64,000 bases of DNA from an uncultured Clostridia bacterium (lineage in GTDB: Bacteria; Bacillota; Clostridia; TANB77; CAG-508), in assembly GCA_934121925.1 (NCBI GenBank), contig CAKOVK010000001.1, forward strand, positions 59,217-123,216, given 5' to 3'. Numbering within the stretch: the stretch's first letter is position 1; each line of letters begins with the position of its first letter. A program made the position numbers and the translations under genes. The notes below the pieces were generated by a model. That model was not told the origin of the DNA. It saw only the letters and a list, made by a program, of their open reading frames with translations, and searched no databases. This document shows positions 42,278-52,423 of the stretch, piece by piece.

Positions 42278-44710
42278 ATGAATTTTGATGAAATATTAAA
42301 CCTATCAAAAGATAATCCAAGTAAATTTGTAAAAAATTTTGGTTACTATTTAATGATTGTAAGCAGAAAAGACTTACCCAGGCTAATTGAAATAGCAATG
42401 AGCATTAATAACCCCATTATTAATAAAAAAATTTTCAATGAAATTCCATTCCTTTTAAATAAAGTAAAAATTGGAGAATTAGGAAATTTATTATCAGTTC
42501 TTTTTTATAATCCAATGTACTATGAAAAAATAGTTTCTATGTTTGACTATCTTTCGACTTTTTTTGCGCCTAATAATATTGAACAGGTTATTTCTGCTTT
42601 TTTAAGAGTAAACCCTAATTCAAAGATAATAGCTAACAATTATGAAACTTTCTTAGAAAATGCTAAAACAAAGCCTCAAGCAATGCAAATTATTCAAAGT
42701 ACATCTCATATTAGCAAGTGTAAAAATATAATAGACACATACAATTCTACAATTTTGGAGTTAAATGATTATCCATTTTTAGCAGATTTGAATATTGGTA
42801 CTATGCTAAAACTAATCAATTATGGCTGCTTAGATGAAATTAAAAATATTTTTAACTCGTACTCAAACGGCAATTTAAAAAATGTAAAATTCTTGTCTAA
42901 TGGATTTACTAGTACAGTTTTTATTGCAGGAGATAAAGTTATCAAAATAGGAAAAAAGAGAGTTAAATTTGATTCGTTTTTTTCTAAATATTTATTGCAA
43001 CCTTATTACAGAAAAGAATTAAAAGATTTCAATGATAATGTTATTGCGACGATTGAAATTCAAGATGTTTGCTTAAATATTGGATTAGATCCTAAGAAAG
43101 TAACAGATTTTATGGATGAAGTTAATTCTGAAGAAGATTTCGTTTGGGCAGATTGTAATCCAAGTAATGTTTTTTTACTATTAAAAGACAATAATAGAAA
43201 AATTGCACCTAATGAAGATGGCTTCTCTTATTCTGGAGTAAAATCTACAGTTCCTACTGGTAAAAAAGGAGACCTTGTTATAGGAGATACAGATTTTATT
43301 TTTTCTAAAAATGATTTTATCGAAAGAGAAAACTCATACTATACTCCACCTCATAATACTACTTTCTCTTTTATACTTCCTACATACAATATGGAAAAAT
43401 ATTTATCTAACTGCTTAAATAGCATTTTAAATCAAACTTGTGATGACTTTGAGGTCCTTATAATAGATGATGGCTCTACAGATGCTAGTAAAGAAATTGC
43501 AACACGATATGCAAAAATTGATAAAAGGATTAAAGTTTTATCATTTGAAAATGGTGGATTAAGTGTTGCAAGAAATAGAGGTATTAAAGCTGCTTCTGGA
43601 GATTACATTTTATTAGTTGACCCAGATGACACAATAGAACCTGAACTTTTAGAAAAATTGCTTCCTTACGTAAAAAATGGAGTAGAAACAATTCGTTTCG
43701 GTGCACTAGTTCAAGATGATAGTCCTCAAAAGGATAAATACAGATTTAATAGGCCTTACTACCCTGAAGTTACTTCTGGTATTGAAGCTTTAAAAAAATG
43801 GGATGCCGATAAGAGATATGCTACTGCTTGGCTATATTGTATTAATAGAAATGTATACGAAAGATCTAACTTTGAATTTCCAAAAGTAAAAATATATGAA
43901 GATGTAGCATCTATCCCAAAACTTATAGCAAGTTCTAATACTGTTGCATTGCTTGATTATATTGGTTACAATTACATCCAACATGATGATACTATAACAA
44001 ATGGTAAAACTCCAGAGAAACAATTATCAAACTTATCTGGCTTTATTAATGCATATGATGTAATTATGAATACTATGAATAACTTTTTTAAAGGAAAGGC
44101 TCATTTAGAATCATCTAGAGCTTCTATATTAAATGGTTTTTTTAATAGGCTTGAAGATAAATTTCAGCATACAAATTTAATTGAAAAGGATACTTTTGCT
44201 CATCAACTATTGGACAGACATAAAAGATTTAAAATAAATTATAACGATGAATATTTTTATTATAATTTTGCTAAAAATGCCCATAATCAAATTACAAAAT
44301 TTTATCCTAGTAGAGATAAAAGACGTTTAAAATATAAAAACACAACTATAATGCAATTAGGGTCGTATGATTATTGTATTGATGATCAACATAATTCTAT
44401 ATCGCTTTATAGAATTGAAAAAGAGGGGCAATTTAATTATACAGATTCATTTCTATCTTTTTCAAATATTGATTTTGACAAATTAAAATCCAGTGAGTCC
44501 TATAGAGAAGTAGTATTTGAAAAGTTACTTTCATATACAAATCTATTGCTTGCTGAAGCCATTAATGGTAGCTACATTGGAGATGTACGTGAAAACTCAA
44601 ATACAAATTCTATGGACATAGAATTTGATCCTTATAATACTATATTTGCTAGAAATACAAGGGCAGTAACTCCTAGACTTCCAGAAAAAACAGAAGCAAA
44701 AGAATTATAA
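42278..44710 (+). CDS. 810-aa multidomain protein: N-terminal protein-kinase-like/CotS-like fold, central GT2 (GT-A) glycosyltransferase, and a C-terminal ~200-aa domain of unknown function.
   Basis: Kinase-like motifs: Gly-rich loop FLSNGFTSTVFIAGDKVIKIGKK, catalytic WADCNPSNVFLL, and DFG-like VIGDTDFIF. GT2: ...FSFILPTYNMEKYLSNCLNSILNQTCDDFEVLIIDDGSTD...ILLVDPDD... Promoter TATAAT and RBS AGGAGG are present upstream. Confidence 0.7.
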   Translation: MNFDEILNLSKDNPSKFVKNFGYYLMIVSRKDLPRLIEIAMSINNPIINKKIFNEIPFLLNKVKIGELGNLLSVLFYNPMYYEKIVSMFDYLSTFFAPNNIEQVISAFLRVNPNSKIIANNYETFLENAKTKPQAMQIIQSTSHISKCKNIIDTYNSTILELNDYPFLADLNIGTMLKLINYGCLDEIKNIFNSYSNGNLKNVKFLSNGFTSTVFIAGDKVIKIGKKRVKFDSFFSKYLLQPYYRKELKDFNDNVIATIEIQDVCLNIGLDPKKVTDFMDEVNSEEDFVWADCNPSNVFLLLKDNNRKIAPNEDGFSYSGVKSTVPTGKKGDLVIGDTDFIFSKNDFIERENSYYTPPHNTTFSFILPTYNMEKYLSNCLNSILNQTCDDFEVLIIDDGSTDASKEIATRYAKIDKRIKVLSFENGGLSVARNRGIKAASGDYILLVDPDDTIEPELLEKLLPYVKNGVETIRFGALVQDDSPQKDKYRFNRPYYPEVTSGIEALKKWDADKRYATAWLYCINRNVYERSNFEFPKVKIYEDVASIPKLIASSNTVALLDYIGYNYIQHDDTITNGKTPEKQLSNLSGFINAYDVIMNTMNNFFKGKAHLESSRASILNGFFNRLEDKFQHTNLIEKDTFAHQLLDRHKRFKINYNDEYFYYNFAKNAHNQITKFYPSRDKRRLKYKNTTIMQLGSYDYCIDDQHNSISLYRIEKEGQFNYTDSFLSFSNIDFDKLKSSESYREVVFEKLLSYTNLLLAEAINGSYIGDVRENSNTNSMDIEFDPYNTIFARNTRAVTPRLPEKTEAKEL

Positions 44711-44858
44711 TCAAAAGTTAAGCTTTAATGAAATGTACCAGAAAATTCAATTAAAACTTAGAATTCTATGGTACATTTTTAATATATAAAAAATTTCAGT
44801 TTTCCTATACAATAAGAAAAGCAAGCCAATCCATATTAATGGTCTGGCTTGCTGTAGG

Positions 44859-45098
44859 TTACCTGTTGTGTTCCAGATTACAATAAAATGCATGAATCTT
44901 TGGAAGAACATCCAGCATTTCAGCTATATCTTCTTCTGACATTCCAGCATTTTTCATAACCCGATTAATATCTTTAATCATTTCTTGTCCTGCCTTAAAG
45001 ATATAAGAAGGTGCTAGTCTGCTCGGAACAAAATTCATTAAATTATTATGAAACTCTTCATGAAGTCTGATGCACTCTAAAAGCACTTCTCCACTCAC
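44859..45098 (-). CDS. Hypothetical small protein.
   Basis: 79-aa ORF with a downstream terminator hairpin (44816-44858). It contains an in-frame CGG at plus-strand 44962-44964, read here as Arg. Confidence 0.35.
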   Translation of the reverse strand: MSGEVLLECIRLHEEFHNNLMNFVPSRLAPSYIFKAGQEMIKDINRVMKNAGMSEEDIAEMLDVLPKIHAFYCNLEHNR

Positions 45099-45172
45099 AG
45101 TATTTGCCTCCTTTCAATTTTATATAAGTATATTATATCATCTTTCTAGTTTTATGTAAAACGTTAATCCTA

Positions 45173-45712
45173 TTAGAAATTCTCTGCTTTTATTTCAAAA
45201 TAAGCTCTTGGATGTGCGCATACTGGACAAACTTCTGGTGCTTCTTTTCCAATGCATATATGTCCGCAGTTTCTACATTTCCAAATTTTATCTCCATCTT
45301 TACTAAATACTAATCCATTCTCTAAATTTTCTAGCAATTTTTTGTATCTTTCTTCATGTTCTTTTTCTATTTTTGCAACACCTTCAAATAACTCTGCTAT
45401 GTGATCAAATCCTTCTTCTCTAGCTTCTTTTGCCATTTTTTCGTACATGTCTGTCCATTCAAAATTCTCTCCTTCTGCAGCTGCTTTTAAATTTTCTGCT
45501 GTAGATGGAATTCCGTTGTTTAATAATTTAAACCACATTTTTGCATGTTCTTTTTCATTATCTGCTGTTTCTTGGAATATTGCTGCTATTTGCTCATACC
45601 CTTCTTTTTTTGCTTTGCTTGCAAAATATGTATATTTATTTCTCGCTTGGGATTCTCCTGCGAAAGCCTCCATTAAATTTTTTTCTGTTTTTGTTCCTTT
45701 TAAATCTGCCAT
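45173..45712 (-). CDS. rbr: Rubrerythrin.
   Basis: Ferritin-like diiron domain ([16 protein letters not shown]...EKEH...) plus C-terminal rubredoxin CRNCGHI...CPVCAHP. Confidence 0.85.
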   Translation of the reverse strand: MADLKGTKTEKNLMEAFAGESQARNKYTYFASKAKKEGYEQIAAIFQETADNEKEHAKMWFKLLNNGIPSTAENLKAAAEGENFEWTDMYEKMAKEAREEGFDHIAELFEGVAKIEKEHEERYKKLLENLENGLVFSKDGDKIWKCRNCGHICIGKEAPEVCPVCAHPRAYFEIKAENF

Positions 45713-45788
45713 CTTTATACCTCCTAATTTGTATTTACTCTTTTCTTTATATCATATTAAAATTTTTTAATCAAGAAATAATTATATA

Positions 45789-46020
45789 AATTGTAATTTG
45801 TGTGAGGGGGAATTCTAGGGACTGTCCTTCAAAATCACCAAACCTGGGGATTTTGGGGACTGTCCTGAATTCACCCAGAATGCAAAATCTATTGCAAAAA
45901 TTGTAGGGGGCGGGGCTCAGTACCCTCCCGAAAATCATAAAAAATAATTGTAAATTTGGGGCAGACACAGGGCCTGCCCCTACGAATCCAACTTCACACC
46001 TCACACATCCATTTTACAAA
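45789..46020. mobile_element. MITE-like non-coding element (~232 bp) with terminal inverted repeats AAATTGTAATTTGTGTGAGG / CCTCACACA..ACAAATTACAAT.
   Basis: The left ~100 bp is the inverted copy of 36040-36140. The right end shares GCCCCTACGAATCCAACTTCACACCTCACAC with the palindrome at 340-381. The internal 77-aa ORF is judged spurious. Confidence 0.55.
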
Positions 46021-46027
46021 TTACAAT

Positions 46028-46729
46028 CTATTCAATTATATCTACTGCATTTTCTCTATTTATTCCTTCTAAGTTATAATATGACTCTGGTACTTCTCCA
46101 ACTATAACAGTTTCTACTAATAATACCTGGCTGCTTATATCTTCTTGTATTGTTTTATATTGACTTACAATACTAACTTTACAAGTTATCTCAAGATATA
46201 TCCTATAAATAGTCTGGTTTATTCCTTTTGTTTCAAATTCGTTTTTTATTTCTGTAAAAGTATTTCCTGTTGAAATTACTTTTATATTTATATCAGGTCC
46301 TATTCCTGCTAAATACTTATTACCTAAGAATGCTCCTATAGGAATTTGTATGGCTTCATCCTTTAACTCTTGAAATCTTTTTTCCGCTTCTAATGCAATA
46401 TCAGAAGCTATTTTATTAATTACAACTACATCAGTTTTTAAAACATTACTATTTTTATCCTTTTCTATTGTTAATATTTCATTATAATCTATATTATCCA
46501 AAACTACATTTGCTGCTTCATTCATTATGTTTGTTCCTATTTCTCTTGCTTTTTCTAAACATAAATTCTCAAATATTGGGTTCAAGCTTTTAAATAAGTT
46601 ATAAAAAGTATAAGAACATATTAATAGTATAACAAAAATGCTAAAAAATCTTTTAGCATTTTTGTTGTTTGTATAAAATCCTTTTATTTTTGGTATTTTT
46701 ATTCTTCTTCTAGAATATAAACTATCCAT
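46028..46729 (-). CDS. yunB: Sporulation protein YunB.
   Basis: N-terminal TM, then ...LEKAREIGTNIMNEAANVVLDNIDYNEILTIEKDKNSNVLKTDVVVINKIASDIALEAE... is the YunB family. Confidence 0.65.
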   Translation of the reverse strand: MDSLYSRRRIKIPKIKGFYTNNKNAKRFFSIFVILLICSYTFYNLFKSLNPIFENLCLEKAREIGTNIMNEAANVVLDNIDYNEILTIEKDKNSNVLKTDVVVINKIASDIALEAEKRFQELKDEAIQIPIGAFLGNKYLAGIGPDINIKVISTGNTFTEIKNEFETKGINQTIYRIYLEITCKVSIVSQYKTIQEDISSQVLLVETVIVGEVPESYYNLEGINRENAVDIIE

Positions 46730-46732
46730 TTA

Positions 46733-48272
46733 TTATACCGCTATTTCCCTTTTTACAAACTTAGGAATATATAACTGTTGGCCTGGATAAATTTTATTAA
46801 CATCTTCTATTTCGTTTACTCTAGCAATATCATCTACTGTACTCTTAAATTTCTTTGCTATTTTCCAAAGAGTGTCTCCTGGTTTTACAAAATATATTAC
46901 CATACTATATATATTATTTTCTCTATTTTCTTCTACATTTATTTCATCTATTATATTTAAACTCTCATTTCTACTAACACTAATATTAAACTCTAATTCA
47001 ATATTTGCATTTACACTTCCTGAATTTACAACAAAATCGTCTCTCTTTATATCTATATTAGTATTAGCACTGCAATTCTCATTTATATCATCTGAATTAA
47101 CTTCAAAATTAAATGGTATCTGAGCTGTTCTAGAATTTACTCCGTTAGTCACTTCATAAATAAACTCTAAATTTATTTCTCCTTCATACATTATCCTTCC
47201 ATTTCTTATTGTAACATTTTGTATTGTAGGATTTGTTTTAACATTATATAATTGATTATTATCTATTTCCGGAATTGAAACTTGTTCATTTATATTACAT
47301 ATATCTTTTATATTTTTCTTTCCTACCATTGTTGTTATTTTCTTTTGAGTAAAACTTAAATCTGTTGATATACTATATAAATCTTCTATTAAATTTATGT
47401 TTTTTGCTTCATAAGCAAAACATGTTATTTCAATTTCAATTTCTACATATATTGAATGTTCATCTCCGCTGTTAGGTTTTATAATAATGTTTTTAGTTTT
47501 ATAGTCAACATCACATTCATTATTATCACCAATATTTTCTATATCCACAAATCCCATAACAGGAATTCTTGCACTAGTATTTTTTATTCTATTATCTTCT
47601 GTCAAATACATTATCGAAATTTCCGCATCTGCTTTTGCAAGTACTTTGTTATAGCTCAATTTTATATCTTTATCTAAAATTTTTATATCTACTCCCATTA
47701 TTTCTGCTAAATCATCTGTAGAATCTATGCTTATAGTGTCTTTTGCATATACCTTTGTATTTCCTTCTCCTATTAAAGAATTCACCGTTTTTTGAGTGTT
47801 TAACATTTGTATGTCATCTGCATTGTTGACACCGCATACTATCTGCATATTATCGTTTGAATAAACCTTTGCTTCTACTTCTAATGTTGCTTTTATATTT
47901 ATTTTTCTACCATTTAAAATTTTAGTTTCTATTTTTTTAATATTAACTTTCTCATTTACTGTCATTTGTGACATACAATTTTCAATATCTATAATTCCGG
48001 CTAAAATCTAAGACTGTGTTTAAACTTCTTACTGTACTATCTTCACTGTCGGCCATATATATAACGTATGTATTAATACTTCCATCAAGCCTTATCTTTC
48101 CATCCATTACTTCTTTTTTATATACACATGGTATTCCACTTGTACTAACTATACTTAATACATCTGGTTTAATATCGTTTACTATAACATCTCCTTCTAC
48201 TATAATTTCATCTTTCTTTTGTCCAACTATTTGGTTTATGCATACATTCTCTTTTTCTGTTTCTAGTAGCAT
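46733..48272 (-). CDS. SpoVID-like spore-coat morphogenetic protein (DUF3794/SPOCS repeats plus C-terminal LysM). The frame is interrupted at an in-frame CGG (plus-strand ccg 47997-47999).
   Basis: N-terminal 96-aa ORF ...RSLNTVLDFS|RNYRY* continues in +1 as GIIDIENCMSQMTVNEKVNIKKIETKILNGRKINIKATLEVEAKV... C-terminal LysM: YFVKPGDTLWKIAKKFKSTVDDIARVN. Confidence 0.65.
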
Positions 48273-48368
48273 ATAAAATCCCTCCTTAAAAGTTTAATAA
48301 TATATATTATATTTAGAAGGACAAAAAAAATTCCTAAAATTTAGGAATTTTTTATATTATTAAATATT

Positions 48369-48650
48369 TTACTTTTGTAACGGTGGAATCAAAGGACAAT
48401 ATCCTTCTCCATCAAATACTGAAACCTCTAAATCTCTTGTAAGTATATCTGTGTACCTATAGCTAACATTAGTATCATGTTCCTCATACTTTACTACAAA
48501 GATATTTGGATAAGTTTCTTTTATAACTGCTTCTTCCTCAAAAGGTTTGTTTCTCCCAAGTGATCCTTTAACTATTATCTTTTGTCCTATTTTTTCGCCT
48601 ATCTCATTTTTAATGCTTGAAATATCATTTTTGTAGATCATAAAACTCAC
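48369..48650 (-). CDS. veg: Veg-like protein.
   Basis: ...IKNEIGEKIGQKIIVKGSLGRNKPFEEEAVIKETYPNIFVVKYEEH..VSYRYTDILT resembles Veg. Confidence 0.65.
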   Translation of the reverse strand: MSFMIYKNDISSIKNEIGEKIGQKIIVKGSLGRNKPFEEEAVIKETYPNIFVVKYEEHDTNVSYRYTDILTRDLEVSVFDGEGYCPLIPPLQK

Positions 48651-48813
48651 GCACCTTTATTCTCAAGATGATGCGATTATATCATTAAGTATGAAAAATG
48701 TCAAAAAACAGTTCTTCCAATTCTTTACTCAAAATGGTTGTGGCTGTAAGCATTTCTCAGTTTGCATATGCATTTATGACAATTATATTACATTATTATT
48801 ACATTACCATTAC

Positions 48814-49629
48814 CTACTTTATTATTCGGCTTTTTCCTCTTGCACCTACACCGCTAACACCTTTTGCTCCTTCTTTTATTTCTCTTGACATTTCACTGCT
48901 TGTTACAAATTTGTAGTCCTCTGTTAGTGCAATTTTTTCTGCAACTATCAATGGATCTACAAAATCTATTAATATTCTACCTGGAGAAGAAGCAAAATCT
49001 GCCCCTGCTGACATTATTCCTTCATAAAAACTTTGACATGCACCTGCAAAAATTACTAACTTATCTGAATTAGGTCCCCACCTTCTAGCTTCTCTTACTG
49101 TATTTATAAAATGTCTTGAATTTCTGTAATTATATATATTATTATAATTTGTTCCATTTTTTAGCATTGCATCATGCCCTGTTATTATTAATATATCTGG
49201 ATTAAACTTATTTAATAACGGAATTATAACTCTTGCTTGTTTATTTTCTGCAATATTTCTTACAACTGCATTTAATCCCATTTTATTATAATATCTTGCA
49301 GATTTTTCACTATATTTTCTATCTCCATCTAAATGCAAAATTTTTCCTGTATATATTTTCTGTCTTTTTAGACTATCCTCTTTTTGAATCCTATTTTTTT
49401 TTATTCTATTTTCTAAGTATAACTCAGATGATTTTATACTGTTCATAACTTCTTGTGTACCTATTATTTCTAAATCTTCTATAGGACTATCTGCCATTAT
49501 TCTAACATTTACGCCTTTAAGAATAGCAAATTTCTTATTTTGCCTAGTTGTTAGTATCGTATCTACTATAAAAAAAATATCTTTGTCATACGATTTTCTT
49601 CCTACGATATCTCCCTTTTTTATATTCAT
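48814..49629 (-). CDS. yabG: Sporulation-specific protease YabG.
   Basis: MNIKKGDIVGRKSYDKDIFFIVDTI...GKILHLDGD...IITGHDA... matches the YabG peptidase family. Confidence 0.8.
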   Translation of the reverse strand: MNIKKGDIVGRKSYDKDIFFIVDTILTTRQNKKFAILKGVNVRIMADSPIEDLEIIGTQEVMNSIKSSELYLENRIKKNRIQKEDSLKRQKIYTGKILHLDGDRKYSEKSARYYNKMGLNAVVRNIAENKQARVIIPLLNKFNPDILIITGHDAMLKNGTNYNNIYNYRNSRHFINTVREARRWGPNSDKLVIFAGACQSFYEGIMSAGADFASSPGRILIDFVDPLIVAEKIALTEDYKFVTSSEMSREIKEGAKGVSGVGARGKSRIIK

Positions 49630-49861
49630 ATCATCACCTCAAACAGATTTGCCTAATATATTTTATGTCGAATTTTGAAAGTTGTGATTATATGAATATT
49701 TATTAAAATCTATTGTTATTTTATTTTTTCTATGATATACTTTACAAGGTTGTAAAGTACAGCCAATTTAATTTATTAGAGACTTTTACCCTTCTTTTTA
49801 GATAGGATCATTTGTGTCAAAATAATTAAATTAGAAATTCTAAAAAGGAGGTATTATACTA

Positions 49862-50020
49862 TGGCAGATAAAACATTAACATGTAAAGATTGTGGTGCTG
49901 AATTTGTTTTCACAGAAGGTGAACAAGCATTCTATGCAGAAAAAGGATTTGAAAATGATCCTGTTAGATGTCCAGAATGTAGAAAAGCAAGAAAGCAACA
50001 AAGAAGAAATAATTTCTAAT
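49862..50020 (+). CDS. Small zinc-ribbon protein.
   Basis: MADKTLTCKDCGAEFVFTEGEQAFYAEKGFENDPVRCPECRKARKQQRRNNF, with RBS AAAGGAGG and terminator 50023-50060. Confidence 0.5.
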
Positions 50021-50071
50021 TAAACAAAAATTCCAAGAAATAATCTTGGAATTTTTGTTTAAGTTTTAATA

Positions 50072-50338
50072 TTAGCATGCTTTATCTTTTTCGTGACTAT
50101 ACTTTAATTTAGTTGCCATTCCCCCTCTTATGTGTCTTTCTGCTTTGTTTTCATCTAGAATTTTTCTAACTTCTATTGCTAATGCATGGTTTATATGTAA
50201 TAATCTTTCACTTACATCTTTGTGTACTGTTGACTTTGAAATTCCAAATTTTTTGGCTGCTCCACGTACTGTATCTTTTGAATCTATTATATATTGTGCT
50301 AGAGCTACTGCTCTTTCCTCTATTGAAACTCCTCTCAT
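50072..50338 (-). CDS. spoIIID: Sporulation transcriptional regulator SpoIIID.
   Basis: MRGVSIEERAVALAQYIIDSKDTVRGAAKKFGISKSTVHKDVSERL...RHIRGGMATKLKY, with RBS GGAGG 10 nt upstream. Confidence 0.8.
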   Translation of the reverse strand: MRGVSIEERAVALAQYIIDSKDTVRGAAKKFGISKSTVHKDVSERLLHINHALAIEVRKILDENKAERHIRGGMATKLKYSHEKDKAC

Positions 50339-50437
50339 AAAAGCAAAACCTCCATACGAATACATTTGTTTAATTGTATTCTTATAGAGGTTCATTTATG
50401 AATTTTATTTTATTGCTGTTCTATTGTACCAAAATTC
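50218..50437. repeat. Direct repeat (copy 1) of about 220 bp covering the spoIIID 5' half and its upstream region. It is about 97% identical to 52197-52416.
   Basis: Alignment of the two stretches read directly from the sequence. Confidence 0.75.
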
Positions 50438-50646
50438 TCCATCAGGCTGTCTGAAAATTAATTTAAAGAATGGTCAAAAAAAGCTAGAAAATTAAGAGAT
50501 AAATTTTCCGATAACTAATTAAAAGATTTTAAAATAGTATTTAAAAATTTGAGTGATATTTATTATAAATAAAATACAATAAAGCGATAAGATCCAAAAA
50601 ATTGTACTTCATCACTTTATTTATGACATTTTTTAATTGATTACAT

Positions 50647-51192
50647 CTAATGGCTTGAATAATATGCATAAATTGTTATTATTGAAAATAATATAATAAA
50701 TGGTACTATTATTAGCAACATTTTTTTTAAAAGCTTTGAAGTACTTCCATCTTTTACTTTCTCGATTTCTATACTTGATAATATAATATTATTTTGTTTA
50801 AGCTCATTAAACAATTTTGTTTGTAAATTATTATAATATTCTCTACCTGCCATATTACTATTTACCTTTGAGTGAATATATGCTTTACTATTTGAAAAAG
50901 CGTTTAAAATACATGCTTTAATAATAAGTTGATTTCCTATTATTTCATATTCAAAACATTGATGTAAATTAGGATAAGTAACTATAAAATATGGTTGAAT
51001 ATTAGATACTATACTTGCAGCCATATTAATATTAGCATCCTTTTCTGATGGATTACCTATAATATAACATTTTTCATTATTGTTATAGCTAAAATTATTT
51101 TGTTTTAAATAATTAACTATAATTGAATCAATTATTTTCTTTGTTTTTTCAACATCTCTAATAGTAAACTTAAATATAGATTTTCTACTCAT
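50647..51192 (-). CDS. Hypothetical protein with C-terminal TM, inside the islet.
   Basis: 181-aa ORF with no family recognised. Confidence 0.4.
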   Translation of the reverse strand: MSRKSIFKFTIRDVEKTKKIIDSIIVNYLKQNNFSYNNNEKCYIIGNPSEKDANINMAASIVSNIQPYFIVTYPNLHQCFEYEIIGNQLIIKACILNAFSNSKAYIHSKVNSNMAGREYYNNLQTKLFNELKQNNIILSSIEIEKVKDGSTSKLLKKMLLIIVPFIILFSIITIYAYYSSH

Positions 51193-51225
51193 AATTTATT
51201 TTCAATTCCTTCCTCAAATTTCAAA

Positions 51226-51453
51226 TTACATGCTTATTATTCTTCCATAAAAATATAATCCTAATCCTATTGTTCCTACAATAATACCAATTATAGCTAA
51301 TACCTTACCTTTTTCTTGTTTTGTTTTAATTTCATTTAGTGCTCTAATTCCTAAACCTAATCCGATTGGACCTAACCACCAAAATATAAATAAAGAAACT
51401 ATTGAAAATATACAAGAATATATGGCGTTTGTGTTAAATTTTTTCTTTTCCAT
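51226..51453 (-). CDS. Small membrane protein (DUF4190-like).
   Basis: Two TM helices with GLGLGI...GLGLY motifs. Confidence 0.45.
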   Translation of the reverse strand: MEKKKFNTNAIYSCIFSIVSLFIFWWLGPIGLGLGIRALNEIKTKQEKGKVLAIIGIIVGTIGLGLYFYGRIISM

Positions 51454-51609
51454 TTTTTACCTCCTTTTTTATTTTTAACGATTTTTCACTTTTTTATTAT
51501 TTCATAACTATATAAAATTTTCAATACTTTTTTGATATTTTTAACGTTTTTTCGTTAACGTTATTTCGTCACATTTGTTATACTTCTTTTATATTAAAAA
51601 GGAGTTACT

Positions 51610-51846
51610 ATGGAATTATCTCAAGCAGTTAAAGAAAGAATTACTAATCTTTCCAAAAATAAAAATATAACATTACACAAACTTTCTCTTGATGCAGGAA
51701 TTTCTTATTCTACATTAAGTAGCTTTATGCGTGGAAAATGCAAAACACCAAATTTATCTACTATATTGCATATATGCGAAGGACTAAATATTGATTTGTT
51801 CGAATTTTTTCAAGATGAAATTTTTAAAAATGTAAAAGATGAATAA
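51610..51846 (+). CDS. XRE-family helix-turn-helix transcriptional regulator.
   Basis: ...ITLHKLSLDAGISYSTLSSFMRGKCKTPNLSTILHICEGLNIDLFEFF is a Cro/C1-type HTH. Confidence 0.7.
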   Translation: MELSQAVKERITNLSKNKNITLHKLSLDAGISYSTLSSFMRGKCKTPNLSTILHICEGLNIDLFEFFQDEIFKNVKDE

Positions 51847-52161
51847 GAAGCAATTATATTATATTTAATAATACAATATAATTGCTTCTTACATTTCCAT
51901 ATCTCATTCTTTTTCTCTTTCTAACGCTTCATTTAATGCTTCTAATATTTCTGCTTTTGTATTTTTCAATGTTATTTCTTCTTTTTTCATGACTTTTACT
52001 CCTTTTTCTTTTATTTTTTATATTTTATCATAAAAATAAAGTAATCTACATAATTTATGCAAATCACCTTGTTTTTTAATTTCATTTATTAACAATCCCA
52101 ATTTAACAACAGGATTTTTTATACTTAAGCCCCCTTTAATTTCAATACTTTCTGGAATAAG

Positions 52162-52317
52162 TTATCCTTTATTTTTACCGTTCTTGAGTGTTACATCCTT
52201 GTGTACTGTTGATTTTGAGATTCCAAATTTTTTAGCAGCTCCACGTACTGTATCTTTTGAATCTATTATATATTGTGCTAGAGCTACTGCTCTTTCCTCT
52301 ATTGAAACTCCTCTCAT
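52162..52317 (-). pseudogene. Truncated duplicate of the spoIIID 5' half. It diverges after codon ~40 (…HKDV|TLKNGKNKG*).
   Basis: Identical to spoIIID residues 1-41, then unrelated sequence. Part of direct repeat copy 2 (52197-52416). Confidence 0.6.
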
Positions 52318-52423
52318 AAAAGCAAAACCTCCATACGAATACATTTGTTTAATTGTATTCTTATAGAGGTTCATTTATGAATTTTATTTTATTGCTATTC
52401 TATTGTACCAAAATTTCCTGTCC

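Noticed and set aside
45771-46004. 77-aa minus-strand ORF inside the 232-bp repeat element.
   Set aside because: It lies entirely within a TIR-flanked, highly structured non-coding repeat. Its translation is Gly/Pro-rich nonsense, and the same sequence occurs inverted elsewhere without an ORF.
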